Below are positions 1 through 7,495 of a DNA stretch of 64,000 bases, in pieces (the stretch's first letter is position 1; every line of letters starts with the position of its first letter). Origin of the DNA: Clostridiales bacterium (GTDB taxonomy: Bacteria; Bacillota; Clostridia; Saccharofermentanales; Saccharofermentanaceae). Below the pieces are notes generated by a model. That model was given only the letters and a program-made list of their open reading frames with translations, had not been told where the DNA came from and did not search any database. The position numbers and the translations under genes are program-made. The stretch covers positions 703 through 64,702 of the forward strand of contig JAFRST010000062.1 in the NCBI GenBank assembly GCA_017427465.1. Direction: 5' to 3'.

Positions 1-41
1 AAAGCTGTAACGATGCAGATTAATCTCTTCTTCCAATTCAT
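1..41 (-). CDS. 5' end of a probably secreted protein (MNWKKRLICIVTA...), runs off the window
   Basis: GGAGG RBS then ATG at 41; basic N-terminus followed by hydrophobic residues; preceded by an ECF-type promoter. Confidence 0.65.
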   Translation of the reverse strand, partial: MNWKKRLICIVTA

Positions 42-86
42 TTTAAGTACCTCCTGTGGTTCGATGATCTCTCATCTTTTACCCAT

Positions 87-113
87 AGGACGATACGAAA
101 AAGGCGAAGGTTC
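87..113 (-). promoter_or_regulatory. ECF-sigma-type promoter GAACC-N16-CGTCCT
   Basis: Same boxes and 16-nt spacer as the two copies at 56609-56683. Confidence 0.7.
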
Positions 114-141
114 TCTCCGCAATAAAATTTTTCGAAATATA

Positions 142-169
142 ACAGGCTGCCCCAAAAGAGGCAGCCTGT
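142..169 (-). terminator. Intrinsic terminator after the LRR gene plus peptide
   Basis: ACAGGCTGCC/GGCAGCCTGT 10-bp stem. Confidence 0.7.
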
Positions 170-195
170 AAGCCGTGATTTTCAAGCAAACAATA

Positions 196-294
196 TCAGT
201 TTATAGGTCCTTCCGTATTACTGTCAGTGATTATGTCAATGTTCTCGAAAGCAATCACTTCGATGTCTAATTCCTTATATTCTTCCTTAACCAT
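196..294 (-). CDS. Small acidic peptide, 32 aa: MVKEEYKELDIEVIAFENIDIITDSNTEGPIN
   Basis: GGAGG RBS; start overlaps the LRR gene stop; clearly homologous to 14668-14778. Confidence 0.8.
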   Translation of the reverse strand: MVKEEYKELDIEVIAFENIDIITDSNTEGPIN

Positions 295-3100
295 TTGAAG
301 ATCCCTCCTGATAGATTCTTGCAAAGTGTGATAAAGCATAAAGGCTGCAAGCTGTCTCGGCAAATCCCTGTTCGTATTTCTTTGCTATACACTGCTGAAT
401 ATAAAACCTGAAATCGTAGGTATATGTACTACCATTGATCGTTACTGTGATCGGCTGCTCGATTTCTCCTGCAGCCAAGCCCGGTGTCTCGATGTATACG
501 AGCTTCACGCCATTAACTGTTCTGGTCTTGAAAGTGAGACCCTGTGACTTGTAAGAAGCAGTCAGACTATTGATCTTAGCCGGATCCTTTATCTCGAAAT
601 AGAATCTTACCTTATTCTGAGAGCCGCAGAGTACTGATGCGCCATAGTACTTGATGCCGAGTTCATCTGAATCGATGCCCATTATCGTCAGGAAGGCCGG
701 ATCAGGATAATCATTTTCAAGACTGAACAAGTAATTCCAAATCGCACTGTTGTAGAAATAATCCGTATTCGTCTGATCATTAACAAGGTTATCTGTACGA
801 TACTCAAAATATAACTGAGAATAATAACCGTAGAAGACCATAGCTGCAAGCAGGTTCTGAAGATCTTCGTAATCATCCGGATTACTGAGAACATTTATGT
901 ATTGAACTACAGAATACGTATCTGTAATCAGTTCTTCGTTACCGGCCTTTACCACCATGGTGATCTCATCGACCATTTCACATGATGCTACGCCGCAGGT
1001 AACCTTGTAGTTGGCACCATACTGATTGATCGCAACAAGCTTGCCTTTGGCAGTATGAGCTCTGTCACCGTAGCCCCATGTAAATGTTACTTCCGTGTTG
1101 TTGCTGTCATATCCTTTCGGAAGCCTTATAAAGAAATTAACTCCGATGTCAGCTGAGAGTGTAATCGAGTGGCCTGTAATACGTGCATCACTGATCGTTC
1201 CGTCTACGAATGTGACGTTAACATTAGGATACCATTCAGCAAAATCATCCGCCAGACCTTCGCCGACATGACAGAACGTCGACTTAAGCCCCGGGTCTTT
1301 AAAATCATCACGGTAATCATCCCAATTAAATCCTACCAAAGCATCGCAATATATATCATTCACATTAGTGCAACCGTAGAAGGCCTGATAGCGAATATCT
1401 ACAATAGTGCTCGGCAGAATGATAGTCTCTAATGAAGAGCAGTTGGAAAAAGCTTCTTTATGTATTTCTTCAATGCCTTCACCAAGCTCAAGATATCTCA
1501 GATTATAGCAATTGGAGAACAATGAAGGTTTCACGATCTTGACAGTTCCCGGAATGGCTATTGATTCCAGCTTTTTGCATTCAAAGAAAGCCTGTTCACC
1601 TATTGTTTCAACACCTTTACCGATAGTTGCTGAAGATAAGTTATAGCATCCGTAAAAAGCATAATCACCGATTTCTTTAACTGAGCCCGGTATTACAACA
1701 GATTCTATGCTGCTTTCTGTAAAAGCCGAAATACCAATGTAGGTAACAGTGTCAGGTATGTTCACTGTTTTCAAGGATGTGCAGCCTACAAAAGCATAAT
1801 TCGGAATGGAAGTAATACCCTCAGCAAATGTTACGCTCTGAAGCTTCTCACAACCTGAAAAGGCGTCTTCGCCCAAAACAACTTTTGCAGGAATGGTAAC
1901 AGAAACAAGGCCTGAATTGGAGAATGCATAGTTGCCAATAACCTCTAATGTGTCAGGAAGAACGATTGATTTGAGGTTTGTGCAGTCTGCAAAGCAATTT
2001 GAACTGATCTCTTTCAGACCGGATGGAAGTGTGATGTTCTCAAGACTGCTGCAATTCCGGAACGTATAAGAATATATTTCCTCAATGGAATCAGGAATCG
2101 TAACTGACGTAAGATTCACACAACTATTGAACGTGTTGTAGCCCAAACTCTTAGGGTTGCCCTTAATTGTTACAGTTTCGAGATTGGTACACCAAGCAAA
2201 AGCGCCGGATGTCTGCGAATTTTCATCCAGGGTTATGCTGGCCGTCTTAAGAGCGTCACAATATGCAAAAGCCTGTTCACCAATACTGACTGCTGAATCA
2301 GGTAAAACAACTGAAGTTAAAGCGGAATCATAAAAAGCATAGTATTCTATACTCGTCAATGTGTCAGGGAAATCTACGGTAGTCAGGCTGTCGCAATATG
2401 CGAAGGCATAAGATCCTATCGTTGTAACTCCTTCGCTGAGAGTCACAGAAGTAAGGCCGTCGCAATTTCTGTACGCACTTTGTCCGATCTTTGTAACGTT
2501 TGCAGGAACAGTCAGGTCCGTAAGCTCATAACAATCATTAAATGCATAACCGCCGATAGTTGTAACATTGCTTGGAATGTTGACCAAAGACAGCTTATAA
2601 CAATATGAAAAACACTCATAAGGAATCTCGGTCAAAACACTATGCTCAGCAAATGTTACAGTGGTCAATACTGAACAGTCTCCGAACACTCCGTAACCCA
2701 TAGTTTCGACTCCGGCAGGAATGTAAACAGATGTCAGGGAAGTATTATATTTGAAAGCATAATCTCCGATACTTTTTACGCCACTGCCGATGGTTACAGA
2801 TGTAACACTTTCCAGAGAGCTGAATGAATTCTGGCCGATATATGTTATTCCGTCACCGACAACGATTTTCTTAATGACCGTTGAAGTTGAAAACCAAGGG
2901 GCTGATTGATACCCGAAGTTATCCATATCACCGGTTCCACTGATGGTCAGCGTGCCGTCACTGTCAAGCGTCCAGGTAGCATTAGTTCCGCATTCGCCTT
3001 CAGCGACGGTGTCAGCTGATACCGTGATCCCGCCGAAAATAAGCGCTGAGACCAAGACTACGATGAGCGCTATCGGTGCGCTCCAGATCTTTTTGTTCAT
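287..3100 (-). CDS. BspA-like (LRR_5/TpLRR) leucine-rich-repeat secreted/surface protein with conserved C-terminal domain
   Basis: Signal peptide; many LxxIxIPxxVxxIGxxAFxxC repeats; C-terminal GHSITL..IGVNF domain shared with 11532-14651. Confidence 0.92.
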   Translation of the reverse strand: MNKKIWSAPIALIVVLVSALIFGGITVSADTVAEGECGTNATWTLDSDGTLTISGTGDMDNFGYQSAPWFSTSTVIKKIVVGDGITYIGQNSFSSLESVTSVTIGSGVKSIGDYAFKYNTSLTSVYIPAGVETMGYGVFGDCSVLTTVTFAEHSVLTEIPYECFSYCYKLSLVNIPSNVTTIGGYAFNDCYELTDLTVPANVTKIGQSAYRNCDGLTSVTLSEGVTTIGSYAFAYCDSLTTVDFPDTLTSIEYYAFYDSALTSVVLPDSAVSIGEQAFAYCDALKTASITLDENSQTSGAFAWCTNLETVTIKGNPKSLGYNTFNSCVNLTSVTIPDSIEEIYSYTFRNCSSLENITLPSGLKEISSNCFADCTNLKSIVLPDTLEVIGNYAFSNSGLVSVTIPAKVVLGEDAFSGCEKLQSVTFAEGITSIPNYAFVGCTSLKTVNIPDTVTYIGISAFTESSIESVVIPGSVKEIGDYAFYGCYNLSSATIGKGVETIGEQAFFECKKLESIAIPGTVKIVKPSLFSNCYNLRYLELGEGIEEIHKEAFSNCSSLETIILPSTIVDIRYQAFYGCTNVNDIYCDALVGFNWDDYRDDFKDPGLKSTFCHVGEGLADDFAEWYPNVNVTFVDGTISDARITGHSITLSADIGVNFFIRLPKGYDSNNTEVTFTWGYGDRAHTAKGKLVAINQYGANYKVTCGVASCEMVDEITMVVKAGNEELITDTYSVVQYINVLSNPDDYEDLQNLLAAMVFYGYYSQLYFEYRTDNLVNDQTNTDYFYNSAIWNYLFSLENDYPDPAFLTIMGIDSDELGIKYYGASVLCGSQNKVRFYFEIKDPAKINSLTASYKSQGLTFKTRTVNGVKLVYIETPGLAAGEIEQPITVTINGSTYTYDFRFYIQQCIAKKYEQGFAETACSLYALSHFARIYQEGSSNG

Positions 3101-3256
3101 GATAATTCCCCCGAATTAAATGCGCGCAGTTCCTAATTATCCTCACCTGAGGACCCTACTTCGAACAATATTATTAGAAATTGCTTAATAAATATATAAA
3201 ATCTCAAAGAAAAATAATATTTTCGACTAATTGCATAAAAACAGAGCAGCAAACTA

Positions 3257-4108
3257 TCAAACTTTAACAGACACACCGAGCAGATGTCCGGACAGTCCCA
3301 GTATCTCCTCATGGCCGTCCAGGAGCCTTACGGTGTTCATGATCGCCTCGCGCGAAGTCTCGTTCTCCCACACGGCATCGAGGTCGTGAACCAGCCACGC
3401 TCCGCCCATGATGCCGTGAACTTCGGTATCCATAAATCCGCCTTCGGAAAGCTCCTCTGTCAAGGTCTTAGCCGAATGGAAATGTGCGCTCCCGATGCCG
3501 CTGTAGACTTCCCTGCCCGGATTGACGTGGCACCCGTCATCAAGCTCTCTTTCGATCATGTTTAAGAAGCCGGGATCCTCTATCCAAGTGTTCTTATTCT
3601 CGCCAAAAGGCGAATAAACGGTGATGTTGTGGAGCAGGCACGAGAACGGCGTAAGCGTTGCTGTGTATAGCTTTCCGCCTTTTCGAAGAAGACGGAAACA
3701 CTCTCTTATCGCCTTGATCCGTTCATCGTGATCGGTGATGTGATAAAGGGGCCCCATGAACAACACCGCATCGCAGCTTGCGTCATCTCTCGGGACATTT
3801 CTGGCGTCACAGGCTTCTGCGGCGGCAAGCTCCAGACCGGGGTATTCATCTTTCAGAAGTCTGCTCATCTCGATGTTTCTTTCCGACAGATCAAAAAGAT
3901 GCACTTCATAACCCAGCGACGTAAGCCACCACGCATATTCCCCGTACGCACCTCCGATGTCATAGATGACTGAAGGCGGCTTCGGAAGCGTGCCAAGCAG
4001 GATCTCCTTCGTCCTTGCAAATTCTATCCGGCCTATACCCGTGCGCAGCCGGTTAAACTCTGATCCGGCATCGTAGAATGCCGTAGCTGAACTGTCTATA
4101 GCTTTCAT
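3257..4108 (-). CDS. Class I SAM-dependent methyltransferase
   Basis: IYDIGGAYGEY motif I; DAVLFMGPLYH. Confidence 0.88.
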   Translation of the reverse strand: MKAIDSSATAFYDAGSEFNRLRTGIGRIEFARTKEILLGTLPKPPSVIYDIGGAYGEYAWWLTSLGYEVHLFDLSERNIEMSRLLKDEYPGLELAAAEACDARNVPRDDASCDAVLFMGPLYHITDHDERIKAIRECFRLLRKGGKLYTATLTPFSCLLHNITVYSPFGENKNTWIEDPGFLNMIERELDDGCHVNPGREVYSGIGSAHFHSAKTLTEELSEGGFMDTEVHGIMGGAWLVHDLDAVWENETSREAIMNTVRLLDGHEEILGLSGHLLGVSVKV

Positions 4109-4207
4109 TTTGTTCTCCTTTCAAATCGCAAATACACTGTCGGTACTTTTCCTGGTGATCTTCATTTGACTGCTGCGTCATAACGATGCCTCCTTTCCTC
4201 GCGAAAT

Positions 4208-4244
4208 AAAAAACGGCCAGTGCCTTTGGGGCTACTGACCGTTT
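4208..4244 (-). terminator. Attenuator terminator in the methyltransferase 5' leader
   Basis: AAACGGTCAGT...ACTGGCCGTTT stem followed by a T-run on the minus strand. Confidence 0.75.
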
Positions 4245-4284
4245 GAACTCTTTTCTTAAGTGCGCAACAAACTAAGCCGGTGCC

Positions 4285-4341
4285 CTATTTGGCAATGGCC
4301 TGCTGCTGAACCATCATTGATGCTACAAATGACTTCAGCAT
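4285..4341 (-). CDS. Putative leader peptide, 18 aa: MLKSFVASMMVQQQAIAK
   Basis: GGAGG RBS; lies between a sigma-A promoter and the terminator; stop codon abuts a potential antiterminator strand. Confidence 0.6.
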   Translation of the reverse strand: MLKSFVASMMVQQQAIAK

Positions 4342-4370
4342 TGATGCGTACCTCCTGTTTGGTTTTCGAG

Positions 4371-4399
4371 ATTGTACTACGCGCATGAGGCTGCGTCAA
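4371..4399 (-). promoter_or_regulatory. Sigma-A promoter TTGACG-N17-TACAAT
   Basis: Near-consensus hexamers with a 17-nt spacer. Confidence 0.75.
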
Positions 4400-4421
4400 A
4401 TTGTTTTTTTTGAGCGCCTTC

Positions 4422-4652
4422 TCAGCCCTTGTATCCGCAGTCGGATTTGACGGGGCCGTCCAGGCCGGATTCGTAATGCGCCCTGAACTCCATGTTGATC
4501 TCGCGGATCTCCTTCTTGCCGTCGATGTAATCCTGGTACATCTCGACAAGCCCGGACATGCAGCCGTCGCATGAACCGCTGATATTACCGATGGACTCGG
4601 CCACGATCTTCTCGCGCTCTTCTCTTGTCGTGTCTTTGATAAGTATGCTCAT
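4422..4652 (-). CDS. Small hypothetical protein with CxxC (CDGC), probably leaderless
   Basis: ORF track; TATAAT 6 nt before ATG; no RBS. Confidence 0.75.
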   Translation of the reverse strand: MSILIKDTTREEREKIVAESIGNISGSCDGCMSGLVEMYQDYIDGKKEIREINMEFRAHYESGLDGPVKSDCGYKG

Positions 4653-4670
4653 GCGTTAATTATAGCCCAA

Positions 4671-5396
4671 TCAGCCTATTCCGCCACCGTCTTTGATGAG
4701 GCAGACTGCCGTCTGAGTATCAGGATCGTAAGTGAGCTCATATGTAAGGTAGCGCGCACTGTCAGAGTCTAAGAGCTTAAGCTCCGGCTCAGGTCCTGTC
4801 CACGAACCCGTGTAAACGATGTTGCCTTCACCGTCAACGTCCTTCGTCCACAACTCATCGAAAGTTACCTCTTCCTGGTCGTGACCTCTTCTCTCATAGT
4901 TGATCCTTGTGAGCTGGTAGTCGAGGAAATTCTTGAGCTGCTCTTCGTCTGCCTTGAAAACACAAGTCGACTCAGTATGTCCGTAAGCATTGTCGCCGAC
5001 CTGAACGTTTATCGTAAATCCCTTGCTGAACCACTCCTTGGCCGCGTAGTTTTCCACATAATCGATCTGGGCGCCCTTACCGAGATCAAAGAGCGTGCAT
5101 CCCTGCTGCTCATAGTCGATCGCATCGATCGCGTCTTCAGGCACTTCTTTCGCGAAAAGCGCTCTTACTCCTGCAACTATGATATTCCTCGCAGACGGGA
5201 TGCAGAAAACTGTTCCCAGTGCGATCACGCCGGCTGCAGCGACCGCGAGGCCGGCCTTCCTGCCGCTCGTTAAACGTGTTGTCTTTGCAGGCTTCTTTGC
5301 AGAAGCCATCTCATTTTCCAATGCCTTTCTCATTTCTGATTTCCTATCATCACTCATGCGGATATTTTCGAAAGTTCTCTTGTATTCATCCTGCAT
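4671..5396 (-). CDS. Putative anti-sigma factor (short cytoplasmic N-terminus, one TM helix, extracellular domain)
   Basis: Directly downstream of and overlapping the ECF sigma gene; single hydrophobic segment. Confidence 0.7.
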   Translation of the reverse strand: MQDEYKRTFENIRMSDDRKSEMRKALENEMASAKKPAKTTRLTSGRKAGLAVAAAGVIALGTVFCIPSARNIIVAGVRALFAKEVPEDAIDAIDYEQQGCTLFDLGKGAQIDYVENYAAKEWFSKGFTINVQVGDNAYGHTESTCVFKADEEQLKNFLDYQLTRINYERRGHDQEEVTFDELWTKDVDGEGNIVYTGSWTGPEPELKLLDSDSARYLTYELTYDPDTQTAVCLIKDGGGIG

Positions 5397-5879
5397 ATCT
5401 GCTTCCTCCCTCGAAATATTTCTTAAGGATTTCTTTTGCTCTGGTAAGTCTCATGGAGACCGCCGATGTAGCAATGCCGAGGATGTCCGCTATTTCCTTA
5501 ATTGAATATCCTTCGTAATAATGAAGATGTATTGCGATCCTGAGTTTCTCGGGGAGCTCTGCGACTGCCGCAAGCATTTCCGTATCCCCGTCGTCACCGT
5601 CATTGGTGTCGTCAGTTCCGACCTCAATCGCGTCGTCAAACGGCTCTATAAAGACTATCCTGCCAGACTTGAGCACGTCCCTTGATGCATTCGCAGTCAT
5701 GGTTAACAGGTACGTTTTTCTTTTCCCTTTGTAATTGCAATATCCGATCTTATAAGCTTCAAGAAAACATCCTGTACGACGTCTTCAGCTTCTTGCCGCG
5801 ACCCGAGATACAAGTACGCCAGACGAAACATGTCGTCCGCATACATATCAAACAAGCGCAACACGGCTTCATTTTCCAT
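5386..5879 (-). pseudogene. ECF sigma-70 factor interrupted by a 1-nt frameshift in an A-run near 5715
   Basis: Region 2 (EAEDVVQDVFLKL) and region 4 (LHYYEGYSIKEIADILG) are in different frames; one extra A restores ...KEKTYLLTMTANASRD... Confidence 0.8.
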
Positions 5880-6122
5880 CGAGTGGTGTCCTTCCTTTCC
5901 TGAGATTTTTTGAGATCTCACCTATAAGACGAACGGGAGTGCGATTTTTACACATTTTGCCGCGGTGTTTTTATTCACCGGTTGCCGCGGTATTTTTCTT
6001 CGCCTGTGATTATAGTGCTTTTCCGGGGGTGATTTTGGGGAAAGGAGTAAGAAAGAAGGGGGTGGGGCGTAGTGGGGCGCGTGCGGCGTAGAAGTGGCGA
6101 GAGCGGGGCGTAGAAAGAGCCC

Positions 6123-6234
6123 GTGCGTAAATTGTGCGTAAAAGTGGCCGTTTTGCGCACGGTTTTACGCATTTTTCTTCAAACTAGCGTGAATCCGTGC
6201 CTAAAAGTGCCCCAAATACGCACGTTTTACGCAC
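6123..6234. repeat. Long gapless imperfect inverted repeat (48-bp arms, 36/48 complementary, 16-nt loop)
   Basis: Manual alignment of 6123-6170 with the reverse complement of 6187-6234. Confidence 0.85.
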
Positions 6235-6315
6235 TCGCCATCCGGAAAAGCATCACTAGCAGTTTCAGCCGTCAAAACACGGCAAGCCTTGCCTCCGGCA
6301 GATACGACAGCCCGC

Positions 6316-7095
6316 TTATTTGCTAATGATCACTGTTCCGTAGATCGCAGCGTTCAGTTTGGCAGAAAAGTGTCTCGGATCGAATGTTGTGTCATCGTTG
6401 CTCGTGGTAAAAATCACGTCGAGATCCTGGACGAGGCCTGCATTTGCAAAGTTGCCGAACTTGATCTTGCTCGTTTTGTAGTAATCCGAATAATCACTCA
6501 TTCCAAAGTGTTCGTGAAACTTACAGTTGTCGATTTCTTTGAAGTACGGCACAAAGTCAGGGTATGTTGCCTTGGGCATTCCCTTTAGGAAGACTTTGGG
6601 TTCGTACTTGAACGGGATGCCGGATTCGGTATAAAAGATCGCTATCTCGCGCTCAGCAGCAGAACGGTATTTGATACCGTTGAATTCATAGTTGTCGGGC
6701 TTAGGGTAACTGGTGTTGGCATCGTTTTCAAGACTGTCAAAGTAGGCCTTGTTCATGAAAACCGGTTTGTTGGTGTCAACATAGATAACGCGACCAGCCG
6801 GATGCGGATCGCAATCCTTGGGAGGGTCGCTTTTGAAGTTGCTGTCCCAGATGGCTTGGTAGACGTTAAGTTCACGAGTGAGGGTGTCGCGGGTTTTCAG
6901 TATTTCGTAATAGTATTTACCCTTTTCGGTAGAGAGATTATACCTATGGTTGTTAACTATTATTTTCATTGGGTCAGAATCTGCTTTGGAATATTTCTGC
7001 AGCATAACAACTGGCAGTTTACCGAGTTGTTGCCAAATGTAGTTTATCTTGAGGGCCAGGTACTCCCTCGGGATGTAAGTATTGAATAATTCCAT
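6316..7095 (-). CDS. Hypothetical protein with C-terminal Vsr/DUF559-like (restriction-endonuclease fold) motif; paralog of 33218-33997
   Basis: YRSAAERE..GIPFKYEP..YPDF..EHFG; leaderless start. Confidence 0.8.
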   Translation of the reverse strand: MELFNTYIPREYLALKINYIWQQLGKLPVVMLQKYSKADSDPMKIIVNNHRYNLSTEKGKYYYEILKTRDTLTRELNVYQAIWDSNFKSDPPKDCDPHPAGRVIYVDTNKPVFMNKAYFDSLENDANTSYPKPDNYEFNGIKYRSAAEREIAIFYTESGIPFKYEPKVFLKGMPKATYPDFVPYFKEIDNCKFHEHFGMSDYSDYYKTSKIKFGNFANAGLVQDLDVIFTTSNDDTTFDPRHFSAKLNAAIYGTVIISK

Positions 7096-7116
7096 GGCTC
7101 GATTATACTGCGGGTC

Positions 7117-7157
7117 TTTGTCGGTTTTTCACGACAAAACTCGACAAAACCGACAAG
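7117..7157 (-). promoter_or_regulatory. Phased TTGTCG repeats plus one inverted copy over the -35 region
   Basis: TTGTCGGTTTTGTCGAGTTTTGTCGTGAAAAACCGACAA on the minus strand, nearly identical to 33157-33195. Confidence 0.7.
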
Positions 7158-7220
7158 CGGCTGGTAATTAGGAAAAACAGGGCTTACGTATAGAATTAGA
7201 AATTGATCGCCAGGGACAAC

Positions 7221-7246
7221 AAAAAGCCGTCTCACGGGGAGGCGGC
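7221..7246 (-). terminator. Intrinsic terminator
   Basis: GCCGCCTC/GAGACGGC stem plus T-run on the minus strand. Confidence 0.65.
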
Positions 7247-7443
7247 AAACAGCTTTAACAATGTTACATCCCTTATATTACGAGACTTTCTTGCCGAGGG
7301 CGGTCACCTTGACTGTGTGGTTCAGAGGCTCGCTCTTGGAAGCAAAAGAGCTGACGAAGGAGGCGCTTTTGACCTTGACGAAGTATCTGATGAGCGCGAA
7401 AAATCCGCTGATGAACCAGGTCAGGCGCGGCTGAACAGGACAT

Positions 7444-7473
7444 AAAAAAGGCCGCCTCACAGCTGAGACGGCC
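7444..7473 (-). terminator. pheT terminator
   Basis: GGCCGTCTCA/TGAGGCGGCC stem plus T6. Confidence 0.8.
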
Positions 7474-7495
7474 CGTGAACCAAAATTAAAAAGCT

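Noticed and set aside
196-294. Canonical lasso peptide gene cluster
   Set aside because: No cyclase, peptidase or RRE genes in the window, and the putative cores (8 and 11 aa) are too short for ring plus tail
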